A stretch of DNA of 63,982 nucleotides, counting the filler, from Ionaspis alba (Eukaryota), in assembly GCA_964255285.1 (NCBI GenBank). It is 6 parts of 6 records of this genome, joined end to end, with 100 filler letters (N's around TTAATTAATTAA, not from the genome) between each part and the next. Parts side by side here need not be neighbours in the genome. Positions count along the whole stretch, not along the records: positions 1 to 10,767 come from CAXUUL010000587.1; positions 10,868 to 21,633 come from CAXUUL010000588.1; 4 more parts are not named here. The stretch is one strand, 5' to 3'. Of this stretch, positions 1 to 12,896 are shown in pieces (position 1 is the stretch's first letter; every line of letters starts with the position of its first letter). Position numbers and translations under genes: made by a program. The notes below the pieces were generated by a model, which did not search any database, was not told where the DNA came from, and saw only the letters and a program-made list of their open reading frames with translations.

Positions 1-357
1 GAACCGTTGTCACACGCAGGAAGAATCGGTCATGTGACTTGGGTTGATCAATGGGAGGGCAGGAACGGCTTGGATGGCTTGGGAGGTTGCACGACGGGGA
101 AGCGGGTTGCGTAGAATATCACAGGGAAGAATGGGGAAAGATCCTTGGGGGGAAGAAAGTTTGATTTTGAGGATGGTTCTGCTTGGACTATGGCTACTTT
201 GAGGGAAGATTTACCGACGGGCAGCGACTGGAAGTGGCTTCGATGGTCGATGCCACGAAAGAATGACGGTGGGGTAACGGGCAATGCGGACATCGTGAGC
301 AAACGGTACACAAAAGCCGAAATATCAGACCAGCCCCAACACTCGGGCGTCAACGAC

Positions 358-2011
358 TCAGAACCCTAACTCGCCCAACCTAGGTGCTCCTCCTTCCCAG
401 TCCCACCGCTCATAGTACCTGAATACCAAATCGTAGCCTTCGAGATCGTGCACGATACGATCGACACGCCGATAACCCTTGATGCACTCCATTCGCGCAT
501 TTTTCTTAGCCGCAGCCTTCCTTTCCAAGAGCTTCATGTCCGCCAATGCATCTGTGTCATTCTCGTTATCGGCGTCAGTCGGCTTGGCCTCGAACAGGGT
601 GACGGAGAATCTTCCAGGCTTGAAGATATTGACCACCTGTTCCACGACTTCTGCGGTTTCTCGACCGGTCTGCGAACTTGGAACGTTGGTTTCGAAGGAT
701 GCGTAGCTGCAGTGGGGCTCTGGTGTGACGTGGACGGTGAAATAGTGGGTAGCCTTTGGGCCTTTGGGTGAAGGAATGACACCGTTGGCTGAGAAGCCAC
801 ATGGGGTGAAAAGGTAGGCGTCGATCCGAGCATCGGGGTACTTGCTGGCAGAGTATACGTCTGCAAGACCCGAACATTCGGAGACAACGGTGCCAAGAGC
901 ATGGCCCTCGGTAGTAAGTTCTTCAGGAAGGACATCTGCGTTGTCTGAAATGGACAACTCGTCTTCGTCCGACGAAGTATTGCCGAAGATGTCGATGGCG
1001 TCTTGGTTGCCATAGGAGCAGTGGCTAGCAGTCAAATCCTCGAAGTTCGACTCGCTAATTGTGCTCAAATGCTCCTCTGCATCCTTGCGCGCCCGACGAG
1101 CACGCTGAAAGTATCGACCCTCCGCGACCGCACTCGCGTTGTCGAGGTAGAATTGTTTGGCATTTTCCTCCTCCAGATCGGTCATCAAGATCTCTAGTGT
1201 TTCGTCCTCATCGTCCATTCCTGCTGCCGATGTCATGGTGTCTACCGCAGATTCGGGCAGACTTAGGACTCTTGTCTCTGTCTCGCTTCTCTCGGGTGTT
1301 GCAGGTGGCGTCAAAATGGTGTTGGGCTCTGTCAGGTAGAGATACCAATGCTCGCCGTTCATCTTGCCAATCATGTAGGCGCTACCGCCCAAGAACAGCT
1401 TGTCGAGTGATTTGACCTCATCTCTCCAGCTACGGTGAGGACCACGCTGACGGTCTGGAAAGAGGAAGTTCTTGCGGCTGTAGAAGACGCGATATGGAGT
1501 TGCAGCAGTGGGAATGCTGGTAACAGAATCACCTCCCGCATGAGGGAAGCCAGCTGCCAGAGCAGCAATCTCAAGGATTCTCGGTAAACCATACAGAAGC
1601 GTGGTCGTACCACATGTTTTGAGTATGAGTTTGTGTGGGAACACAAACATGCTCGACTCAGACAAGAGATAGGCATCAACGTGTTCGGACTCCACAATGG
1701 ATAAAACCTTGCAGTTGACAAGATCTAGCATCTCTTTCCATTGCTCGGATGGCACGGATTTGAGCCCATTTGGAGCAGTCCGAGCTGGAAGAGAGGCTGC
1801 CGAAGCACTGAACCATACCTCTAGAAGTTTTTCTGGTCCTAAAGATCCGTGAGAAAATTTCTACCGTTACGAATTATTGGAAACACCAACCTTCGAAGGC
1901 ATTGCTCGAATCAAGGTCCTGAGCGACATCACGATTGATGGTCAAGTGGGGTGTTCCACTAAACGAAGATGGTGATGCTGTATAATTCTTAGGTATCTCA
2001 ATATTGACCAT
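358..2011 (-). CDS. SPE2: S-adenosylmethionine decarboxylase proenzyme (exons 2011-1891, 1838-358)
   Basis: The spliced N-terminus reads MVNIEIP...NAFEG|PEKLLEVWF. Motifs: self-cleavage site YLLSESSMFV, LILKTCGTT, FTPCGFSANG, HVTPEPHCSYASFETN. Intron 1890-1839 is GTTGGT...TAG. Confidence 0.97.
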
Positions 2012-2166
2012 CTCCAAACAGGCTGTTCGTCCAAAGCCCACTCTTTCCAATCCTGTATTCAGGTGTTACAAGATACAATAACTCTTTGGAGCAGATATTC
2101 GATCGAGTAATGGAGCCCAATCTACAACCCAGACCAACAATGCGGTGTTCGTGTGGGATGCAAGGG

Positions 2167-2208
2167 CCCACAAATTGTGGGGGTAGCTGGAGGCTGGCTT
2201 ATGCCAGC
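2167..2208 (-). promoter_or_regulatory. Tandem hairpins in the SPE2 5' UTR (candidate SDC-type cis-regulatory RNA motif)
   Basis: On the mRNA strand, GCTGGC-ATAA-GCCAGC is followed 11 nt later by CCCAC-AATTT-GTGGG. Confidence 0.55.
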
Positions 2209-2434
2209 AGCAAGCGGTCTTCAGCGAGCTTGACTTTGGCAAACGTTAGGGAGGTCGGGCGGAGAGGAGAACGAAAAAGATCTTTTGCCAGGGAATGTTG
2301 CCTGATTTCTTTGCTACCTCGTGCTGAAGAGACCGATACTCTGTCAAAGTACCGGGTCTAGCAGACGAGGTTATCTGCTTGGATAGAAAGGTTTTTTGAT
2401 TTTGAATAGGTGTCGAAGATATTCGTGGCTAGTG

Positions 2435-2608
2435 TTATCTGGGCCTGGTGGTTGAGAGGCATATGTCAGTAAGGTTTCTTACAAATGCGCCAAGGTGTTT
2501 CAGCCCAGATCTTGACAACTTTGATCTGAACTGAAGCTCAAACTCAGAGAGACCAGATACGTACTTAGCAGGCTTTGATAAGAAGCGTAGCAAGTCCTTG
2601 CGGCTCAT
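2435..2608 (-). promoter_or_regulatory. Spliced uORF (MSRKDLLRFLSKPAKPR*) in the SPE2 5' leader
   Basis: ATG at 2608. Predicted intron 2564-2445 has donor GTACGT, branch site ACTGAC and acceptor CAG. Stop TAA at 2437-2435. It is the only exonic AUG I found between 2012 and ~2915. Confidence 0.65.
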
Positions 2609-4899
2609 GGGGTGCGGAGAGGAAGGAGATGGTTAATCCAGAGTGGCTTTGGAAAGCCTATCTGGTCGATGAGCCAAATTCGGAACTCTGTTCTGTGGTC
2701 GAAGAAGAGAATAGATTGCTTCTTTGAGCTGCTTGACGCGAAGATCGAGAGGAAATGGGAGAAAAGAATATCGAGAGATCGGACGAATGTGTGAGATTGA
2801 GGGATTTTCTTGAGCTTTCGCTTCTTCACCGATGCAGCCGATTAGGCTTACAATTGCCTTACGAGTAGACGAGATCTGAGTAGGCACGATAGATATTGCC
2901 TAGATAGTGCAGTGAAGCATATGCAGGATCGAGTCTGTGAATACGCAGAAATAGTGGTGGGGCAGGAGGCGCACGAGGTGATTTGCCATCTTGTGGGGGG
3001 GCGCCAAACTTTTTTGTTTTAGCCGCGGCTCTGACGCAGATCTCGAAGCCGTTAGGGCTGGGGCCGTTGTTGTGTTACAGATGACCTCCATCATCTCCCG
3101 ATAACTTTTAAAAGTGTTTACTATGGCTTAGTGGCACGGGATGACTATGGTGGAAAGCTGTAAGAAGCAAGCATATTATGTCTGCCTCTAAAACAGTCTG
3201 GTATACTACTTTACAAAGCACAACTTTGGTCTTCCTGCTGCAGCATGCTCACGAGGTCCGAGTCACCACTCGCTTTGAAGTTATTTATAGTTGAGATTCG
3301 TGTATCCATGAACGGGTGCTCGAGAGTGTGGGCAGAGTCTCTAGACCGCATTGACAGCGCTTCTTGCGGAGCTTTCGACCAACAATAATATATCTTGGAA
3401 ACCACGCCCAAACCTCCTCAGCCTTCATGCATCAGTAACTCCTTATTAGTCTCTGGGTTCAGACCGTGGGTTTCAGGACAGGTCCGACTCACATTTTGCA
3501 ACGAGGACAACTAAAGATGAACGTATTGTTGACTGGACCAGAGAATTAAAACCTCTATAGCGATGGACGCTTGAGCAGTGATCAAATCATAGAATCATGA
3601 TGACTGGAGAAACAGTAGTAAAATGTAGGATAGGGATCAGAAGACAGCCTTTATCATACGTGAACATCATTTCGTGCTTCGACAACCTGGTTCACATGGA
3701 GATTTAGCATGTGCGATGAGAAGTACGAAGTACATCAGAAGTACGGTGGCCAAGAGCGAGACTTGAGGCAGTTGCAAGCATTCTAGTGATATCCAGTGTA
3801 GCATCCTTGAGCCAATCAATCAAGAGCGAGCATGTGTAGGAATCCCATGGTCCGAAAAAGCCTGTTGTTTTTGTGGCAAAATCTGCAGCCGGCTATTTCG
3901 CCACACCCTCACTTTGCCAATCATGATATGCAGAGACAACTCATCGTCCATGATAGGCTGTATGCAGGCTTTGCGACCATGTTCCGCCCGAGTAAAGTCC
4001 CAGCTGATAGATTGCAGCGCACTTCTTCCGCCAACAAGGAATAAAGGTATGATAGACATGGGAATATGCAACTGCATAGCTTGCACGTAGATAGTTGCAC
4101 CTGGGCGCATATATCACGATAATGATTCTTCAGGCGTGGACTGCTACGACAGTTCCTAGGGTATACATTACACTGATTAAGGGGTCTGAGAGACGAAATC
4201 TCCAATAACATGGGTGTTGTGGCGGACCTCGTACAGTCCTACTGGCTAGACTTGTCACAAGCGTGGCTGTAGGACGGATGGTATTGCTGTCGCGGAAGGC
4301 GGGACGGGGGCGGGCACTGTCAGGGATACTGGGGAGGGGGTGTGAGCGACCAGGACTCAAGTAGTGTACATAGTAAGAGCAGCTGCACATAATATGAAAC
4401 GCACGGCGTGATTGGTGACTCACAGACAAGGAGGGGTCGTCTGGAGGTTGTTCGTTGGCCGAAGGGGCGCACTCATTAGCTGACCTGGACTGCATCTCTA
4501 GCATGCCCGTACTTAGCTATCCACTCTAGCACATCATAGGTGGGAGAGGGCCGCCCCAAGTACAAAGAACGTTGCGTGACCAGCGCAATCAATCAATCAA
4601 TCAATCCATTCGATATTTTCTTCCTACAATCGCTTCACCGACTCAAATTCTATCGCAGTCTCGCTGACGCCCTCGTGGGGCAGTTTGATTCTGGAATGTC
4701 TCGGTCTCTGTCGCTGCCATGCAGATAGCAATCCGAGCCCCATCTATTACTGCCAATCTCGTGGATGTCGCTTCCTCTCCCCATCGTCTGACTCCTCGAT
4801 TATCCCCACGGAAAGTTGTCGCAAGTGATGTGATGTCGGTGGAACGGCAGCATCACACTTCTACAGCATCGATACGAAAGAAGCCGTGGTAATTTGGAC

Positions 4900-7800
4900 A
4901 TGGTGGAGCCAAGCTACACTCTCCATGGACACACGAGGAGCATGTCCTGTATGTGACTTGGTTCATTGGGTGTATCAATTCTATGCTGTAGAGGCAAAAG
5001 AGCTTTGGGATGCCGTGGACGATTATTTGAGAGTCATGTGCTGACCTGAAAAGCTCTTGCATCCACCATAGTGCCGTTCTACTTCGAGTCCCAGGAAACA
5101 AACCCAACACTAACACGTGCATCTATTGAGGTCATGCCGCCGGATATCCCAGATGAGTTAAGAATACCACTCCCTCCTTCGGCTGCCTCCTCGGATCATG
5201 GCGAGGACGATAACCCCGTCGAACCAACAGACAATCCATCAGGTTGGAGAAACAACAGTGACGTTGAACATGGCGGAAAGTGGTTCCCAGGAATGGATTT
5301 GATCCAGGACACAGCCAGTGACAAGGATACGAAAATGGACACACATTCCTCTGGCCACACTTTGGCAGGGATAGGACCTGACGTTACTGACGACAATTCA
5401 AATCCGGAGCCAGTATCTCTTGGAGAGCTCACTGCCACGCTCCGTAGGGAGGAATTCGAGACAAGCCGCTTCCAAATGCTGGAGTTCCGTGTCAAGTCAC
5501 TTCTTCGTCAATCTGGTGTATATCGCCGGCTTCTTCCTTTACACTCTCATTTGTATCGTCTCATGGTTGATCGTTTCCTGCATGGCAACACCTCTGCTTT
5601 TGCATCCATGTATTCGCAAATGATCGGGTTGCAGGAGACGATTAATACTGCCAGATATGACAAGCCTGCATGGGATTATTCACTCAGCAAACATCTGTCT
5701 AAACCGGCCTCGTCGGAGACCATCAACTCATGGACCCAAACCTTGTCACCAGAATCTCTGGAAAGCCTTATTCGCTTGATACGCCACATCAGAACAGAGC
5801 CAGGATTTCTTGCTGAGCGCATAGGTAAACTCTCCTCATCTCAACTGTACGACCTAGCACAGCCNNNNNNNNNNNNNNNNNNNNNNNNNNNNNNNNNNNN
5901 NNNNNNNNNNNNNNNNNNNNNNNNNNNNNNNNNNNNNNNNNNNNNNNNNNNNNNNNNNNNNNNNTTGCTGAGCGCATAGGTAAACTCTCCTCATCTCAAC
6001 TGTACGACCTAGCACAGCCTTACAGGACCCCATATTCCACAGGTTCCATTATGTCGGCCACCACCTTGTACTCTAAATTCGATCTAAGGAGCCAGTGGAA
6101 CGGGAAACCCAAGAGCAAGGATAGCATCGACGTATTGACAACCATGCAGCATGATCCATTGTCCGTCTTGCTTCATGGTACTTTCGCTACATCCTCTGGT
6201 CCAGGATCGCAGGAGAGCCAACGACAACTTGACATATGGGCTACCGTTTGCGCGCAAGTTATCGCGTGTGGGAAGACAGGATCTGACGAATTTTGCACTG
6301 CCATTCTGAACTCCTTTGCCGCTTTGGAACCATGGACTCTTGAGCCACAGCTCGAACTACTTCTTCTGGATTCCTTACGTTCAGGGGCTTTCATACTTGA
6401 AGGGCCACAGCACCAGCCAGTAAACTTTACCCAACCAGCAGAACTGCACAATGCAAAGATCGCCGTAGCGACCTCTGAATTCTTCGCCAAGAACGTGGAA
6501 AGGATCCTCGAACTTATCACCCAAGGACCTCCTTACCTTGGTGTACCACAGCACTGCTTGAGTCTGATTCGAGCCATTCTAGGTAAGATTGCAGATCCAG
6601 GAAAGCGTGCCAAGGCCAAGAACTTCTTCGTGTCTCGTTGGTATTGCACAATCTTTCTTTCCGATGCTATCACTTATCCAGAAGTAAGCGCAATATCCGG
6701 TCCACGTGGGGACTTTGACTGACTCTCGAGGCAGACCCATGGCATGATGATGGATTGTTACATCAGTGATAGTGCTAGAAAGTCCGTACTTCAAGAACTT
6801 TCGAACCGCTTACAAAAACATTTCTTTGACTCCTTATCGCCATGGTAAGCTTGCTCCATGACCGTCGCAATTCAAAGAAGCAATCATGGGCTGATGATGG
6901 TAGGAAACAACCCGCGCCGGTTTCCGCTTCAGTCAAGTCAAGGATCCAGAAACTCTTGGATATGTTTGATCCTCTGGAGCCTGATACTCGTCAAGCCAGT
7001 TCCACCACTCTGGATCAAACAGGGAAAAACTTCTTGATGTTGAGCCCACAAGATGTTTTAGCGATTGCTAAGGCCTTATACCCTGATCACGCTCTAGAGG
7101 ACACCGTGGAATTTGCAGAGACCTCAATCCCATCCACTGCATCCTCTGTAACAGGCTCATCTACCATGACATCTGGGACCGATGAGGGCCGGACAAACAC
7201 ATCTTCCTCCTTGGCTGTCAGTATCAGCGGCACCTCCATGACTAGTGAAACCCTTTCCTGCAACTTGACGACCGGGACTGCAGAGAATTCTGGAATTGGT
7301 GCTCGGATCGTTGTAGACGACACTGCGAGTCTTCTACAGCGAGCGGAAAGGACGCAGACCAACTGTATTCCAGCGCCGACAAAAGTCTTGATCCACGAGC
7401 TGACCAAATTGGTTGACCGAGATACTCCGGATCCAAATTCGCTCGTCAATCGGGATGAGCCAGGTTTCTTCTACATTTATGAGAATGGTAATGGCCTTTC
7501 ACTAAGCCCGCTTTCTCCAAAAATCGATGTCCGGAACTCCGACACCTTAGGTGAAGACAATACAGATGGCAATAATCTGTTCGCACTAAATCTGGACGAT
7601 TTATCTTCTCTGTCTGAGTGTCTCACCCTGATTGCTCGCGACCCTGGAATGGACTATAGGATCGTGGCAACTTCCACTAGGACTGGTTTAGAGGACTGTT
7701 TCTACACAAATATATGTGCAGCTGAAGCTCGGTATGATTTTCAATCTGCCCACTTTTGGTGGCGAGGATTACAAGCTGTGCGCCGCACTACATCTCAGAG

Positions 7801-10129
7801 CCTGGAGTCAGTTGTTCAAAGCATGGTGGAAGCTTCCAAGCGCAAAACCGAGACTGAGATCCGACTCAGCAACCTTTACGAATCATGGCTCTTTGCATTG
7901 GGAAGCCGCCAGGTTGTCCACGACCAAGAACTCGAACGTCAAATTACTCGTGGCAAAGCACTTAGGGACAAGATGTGGTTTGCGTCTGAAGTCAGACATT
8001 CTTCTACCTACGAAGATGCCCTCAACGTTATTCGTGCCTTGAAAGCTATGTCGAAAACGACACAGTCCAAAGCCACGGGTGTGACAGCTTGGGCTCGACA
8101 ACGCCTGAGGAATTCGCTTGGCTCCGACCGAGCCCAAGCCCAGACTCTTGAAGCACTAGCGGCGCACAAAGACCACGGCGGACCCGGAAAGTTGAGCGAT
8201 AAACAAGTTGAGCTAACGTCGAGATGGCTCACTCGCCAGAGTATTGAGAATTTCTGCACTGGCGAAGAACGAATCCATCGCTTTGCTTTGGAGGTACAGA
8301 AATGCACAAATCGATTGGTTGGTGAGACTCTGCTTGATAGTCCGGTCCTATGGTCTAGCAAGTTGTACCAGCAGGAGAAGCAGGGACTGGGTCGTGATAA
8401 CGGTTCGGCCGGCTTACAAGGCATCTACGATCAAGATTTCGGCAGGAGAGACCCAATGAATCGTCCTCCTGGTCTCCATGACTCCGGATTCATGAATGGT
8501 TCTGGTTCTGGACCACAGTGGGCTCACGCTGGATTTCCCCACTCTATGAACGAGCCCAGAGGGCCACCGTATCCACCCCGGAATGGGACGAGCTTACACA
8601 TTGACTCACCAAGAGATTTACTGGTTACAACGTGGGCATCGCAAGACATGGACATAGCTACCACTCTTCCTCGAGGTTGGCGCGCACCACCAAGCCCTAT
8701 CTCGCCTACCAGTCCAATGTCGACGCGACGACTAAGCAACTCTACATCGTCCGCAAAAGGTCGATTTCTTGAGCGACTCAAAAGGACTGTGCGGAGTCTT
8801 CTCTTGAGTGATCTAGGATTCACTTTGTGGAACGACGGTAGCGAGACAGATCGATGGGTTTCGAATGCTTTGTTGGAGGACCAAATGAATATCACAACTA
8901 GACCTCGATCGATTTCTGTTGCACTTCAAAACACGGTCCAAAATCTAGAATTGAACGAGCACGAGAACAAGTCCAGTCCTACACTTCGACCGATATTTGG
9001 ACCCGCAGATATACCAGAAGCTGGCAGAAGCCGGGAGGTCGATAGTGAAAGTCATCCGCCTGTACCAGACAATAATCCGGGTCTTCAAGAAAGCCAACCC
9101 TCCTTCCATTACATCGAGGGGTACAAGAAACTTCTTAGTAAATTCACTCTATCGTGCGATCCGCACTCGAAGTTGAAAGCTCTCTATGATCTTACCCGAC
9201 TTGCTGCTACCTCTCAGATGTCTGAACCAGAGGTTAGAGACCATCGGAATGGCTCACCTCCCGAGAATCGTCAACAAGGAGCTAGTCCCCAAAAAAATTC
9301 AGGAATTCGAGGCGTTGGAGTGCCAAGAACAAGGCTGACACGATTGGAGGAGGTCATGGCCAATTGTGAAGAACGACGGCTGGTTAGCGTCAAATCTCAT
9401 AGTCTCAGCGGAAACCTATTGTTCAACGCTTCGTCGAGTATCAATTCACCACCAGAGGCCGATGCTGAGTCCAACATGCCTTCCGTTCTTCAAGAAATTC
9501 TGCGTGATCCTGCTCTTTGCCCACAAACTTTGTTCCGAGACCTTCAATATATTGCAACCTTCGTCCCTTCCTCAATCTTGGATCACACGCCCGAAGGCAC
9601 CGCTTTCTGGACATTCAGTCTTGCTGCAGTCTCTTTGAAGTCCGACATCTGCAAATCGCTGACTCATCGAGCCAACGAAATCGTGGCATATCACTATGAG
9701 AAGCCCGCAACCAGGAACCAAATTGAGCCTACAGCCGAGCCCTCCAATACGCACACATCAGATACTCTCCAGAATTTGAAAATCGACCATAACTCAGCAC
9801 TCCAAACCACCACCCTCGACGACGCCGCCCGCCTCTACATCATCTCCGCTCTCGAAGGCGATCCCACCGCCGCCCGCGAGCTCGCTCTCTTCTACCTCAT
9901 GCCTCCTGAGGGCTTGCCCAGAGTTACGCTACCGCTGTCTAGAGCTGGAGATGTGTTCCGACCACAAATGGTGGGCCGAGGAGGTGTGGCTGAGAGGCAG
10001 CAGGGCAATGGGCTTGATCCGCATACTTTTGCTTTGGCCTTTCATTGGATGGAATTTGCGGCGAATGCGGGCGATGTGGATGCGAAGACTTTTTTGAAGA
10101 ATAATGGTGATTTGGGGAGGGGCTGGTGA
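4900..10129 (+). CDS. Large fungal protein with putative VPS9-like domain and C-terminal Sel1-like helices (possibly RasGAP-like N-terminal region)
   Basis: Three ORFs join through introns 4949-5071, 6684-6734 and 6845-6903 once the 55-nt duplication at the 100-N gap is removed. DPHSKLKALYDL and LFRDLQYIATFVP suggest VPS9-like; AFHWMEFAANAGDVDA suggests Sel1-like. Domain calls are by eye. Confidence 0.75.
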
Positions 10130-10767
10130 GGTCGCGGGGAGCGGAGATTCTGCTGTGTTTTACTTGTTATGGGGGTTAGATCTACGGTGTTAGGTCGGTC
10201 TACGACGATCTAATATGGAGGGATATTTGTTTGGGAAATTGACTCCATTTCTTGTTGTCCTTATTAGGGAGAACATATGGGTCAGAGAGGTGCTAATGGG
10301 CACACTGGATATCTCATAGATTGGGGCGGCTTATTCTGCTGTTTCCAGCTTCAAATTCGAACTAGTCATTTGCACTATCCTATAATCAACGAGAAGTAGT
10401 ATGCTGGTCAAATCATTTCTTGTCCTCGGGATCAGGAGTTGTATGCAGAATCCTGAGATCAGATCGGCTGATCTATGCAAGCGCTCGATGCGCCTGAGGT
10501 AGTACTTGCTGCTGTGCCACATCAATTCGATGGATATATAGAGCGGGTGAAGGGAACCGTAAGTTAATGGTTGGTTCTAAAAGCGCTTGGAGCGGGTATT
10601 TTCCGGACCTATTCATCTTTAGCACGAACCATCGTGTGATCCAACCGTTCATGCTGACGGTAGACGGGTGCCCCCGACGTCATTTACAGCGAGCCAGTCC
10701 CAACCCTCAATGTATTGACCCACCACCCCACAGTTCCACGACATCAACCATTCAACCTCAAAACCAT

Positions 10768-10867
10768 NNNNNNNNNNNNNNNNNNNNNNNNNNNNNNNNN
10801 NNNNNNNNNNNTTAATTAATTAANNNNNNNNNNNNNNNNNNNNNNNNNNNNNNNNNNNNNNNNNNNN
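10768..10867. other. Artificial scaffold linker N44-TTAATTAATTAA-N44
   Basis: Six-frame stop linker, identical at five places in the window. Confidence 0.97.
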
Positions 10868-11901
10868 GAGGAGGAGCGGGGGGTGGAGCGGTCGGGAGAG
10901 GGGTTGATGCGCTTTGGTGGGAGGTGCTTGGGTGGTGAGGGTTGGGTTGCGGGTATTGGTCGAGATTTCAGTATTTGCGGCGCGATTGCAGGAGTCGGTT
11001 GGATGGTTGCGGTGGATACGGCCTGCGCTTTTTCTGTTTCGAGGGATTTCCTGGGTTTGGACTCGGGTTGCCGCGATGCGGTTGTGGGCTGATTCTCTTT
11101 GGAGGTGCTGGGTTGTCGCATGTGGGACTTCTCTGTCGCTGATTTGGCTTGTGATACGGGAGTTGGTCCATTATCTTTCTTCAAGGTGCTCGAGTTTTGT
11201 GCTGGCTGTTTCTTGGGCGAGTGTTCCACTCGCGCAGGTGGAATCGGCCATTTCTCTTTCAACAGACTCGAGGTTTGTGAGAGGGAATTCTTCCGTGGAG
11301 AACCGGGTTCTGTTAGCGGAAGTGGGCGGCTGTTCTTTGATATGCTTGACTTTCGCTTGGGTATAGCGATTGACGGTATGACAGTCGAGAACGATCTCAC
11401 GGAATCGAATGATCTCCTGGCGGGACTAACGGGTACAGGCGCAGGCAATGGAGGAGGTGGTTTGGGTGGACGTTCGGTCGGACTGAGGACCAAAACCTTG
11501 CGAGGTTTGGGAGTACTGGTAGCCCGTTCATCTTCATGGTATATCAAGCGAGGAGGTGACGGCGGCGATTTCGTTGGTTGCGGAGCATAGATCTGAGTGA
11601 CGATAGAGGATGCCAACGGAGAAGAAGTGGCAGATCGAAGTGATGCTGCGGGACTTGGATCTGGATTCGAGACGATTTGGGGATGGGTCAGGGAAGGTGG
11701 TGTGACATATGTTCTTTGGTGGTCAGACGCTGTGTAACTGTTGCGAGCGGGACGATGGGAATAAGAAACTGGTGGTGGAGAGGCGGATCGCACGAGGGTG
11801 GGCTTCGTTCCTGGAGCGGCATATCGATGTTGCGGTACGTCGAGGAGACCACGGTTTTCGTAATTGGCAAGGACGAAAGCGTGGGAATATTTGTTTGGCA
11901 T
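10868..11901 (-). CDS. Pro/Ser-rich hypothetical protein, 3' truncated at the scaffold end
   Basis: Open for ~345 codons from ATG 11901 into the linker. Low complexity, no recognisable domain. Confidence 0.6.
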
Positions 11902-12752
11902 GACTCTTGGATGGGGAGACGTCGGAGGGTGGAGAAGGAGGAGAGGAAGAGAGAGGAAAGAATGGGTGTTCCCGCTATGGTGGCTATGAAGGTGGTGACA
12001 TGGACGACAGCGACATGGACGACCTCATCGATGCGAGAGAGAGAAAAAAAAGATCGAGCGCATGGCTGTCCCTGTGATTAGTGGGGCTCTATGTGGAACT
12101 GGACGGCGTCGGTTGTGTCGAGTAGAGAGCAGGAAAGCGAAAAACCAAGGCCGTGCCTGGTAGACAGCCAATGAGGGCGTAATTGTCGGGGACCTGGAAA
12201 GGCTGGATGGCGTGGATGAATGGGTGAAAGCAGTATAGTGGGCTTTTCAGCTGATGGTTGCGATCCAGATCTTGCGCTTGACGTTTATCTGATCTCGTGT
12301 ATATATGTGTGTGTGAGTACTACAGCACTACGTATGTGACTAAGGACTTGCGTATGCATGAGTAGTCTATTGCTGCTCGAAGCGCAAGCGAATGGGGAGA
12401 AAAAGAGCCCGAGATAGACTTTCTTGGATTACACAGATCATGCAGTGGTCGGATCGAGTAGTAGTAGTTGTGCCATCGATCGGATGGTGGACAACAATGC
12501 ACTATATTGATGACAATCATCATTGTCCATTCTAGAGTACCTTTGATTGTTCAAACGTTACCTACCAAGAATGACATTGGCAGAAACACTGTTGCAATAA
12601 CGATTCCGACCATGGATATCGTTTCGGGGAATCATCGCTCAATCCCACGGAACCAAACCTCCGCGAAAACATGAGACATCCCCCAACCAAGGATCTGGTA
12701 ACTCGCCAATTTCGCATCACGACCCGAAACACAGGCTCATCACGGAAAATCA

Positions 12753-12896
12753 TTATCTTTCCCTTCACATGCGCTGCCATTCACTATCGAGTTTTCGTCC
12801 TCAACTGCTCGAGTCTGACGTCGCCAGAAGGTCTAAGGTACCTACTGAAGCAACCTACTGCTGACCAAGCCCTGGCGAACACGTAAACCACCTGTC
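12753..12896 (+). repeat. Left copy of a diverged inverted repeat (partner at ~18005-18115)
   Basis: Blocks TTATCTTTCCCTTCACATGCGCTGCCATTC and CTGCTGACCAAGCCCTGGCGAACACGTAAACCACCTGT match the reverse complement of 18005-18115. Confidence 0.75.

Noticed and set aside
2900..4800. Short ORFs between SPE2 and the VPS9-like gene
   Set aside because: No motifs or coherent splice structure; treated as divergent promoter or intergenic DNA.
5810..6019. Direct repeats around gaps as target-site duplications, LTRs or CRISPR-like repeats
   Set aside because: All are exactly 55 nt and abut 100-N gaps, which fits a k-mer overlap artefact.
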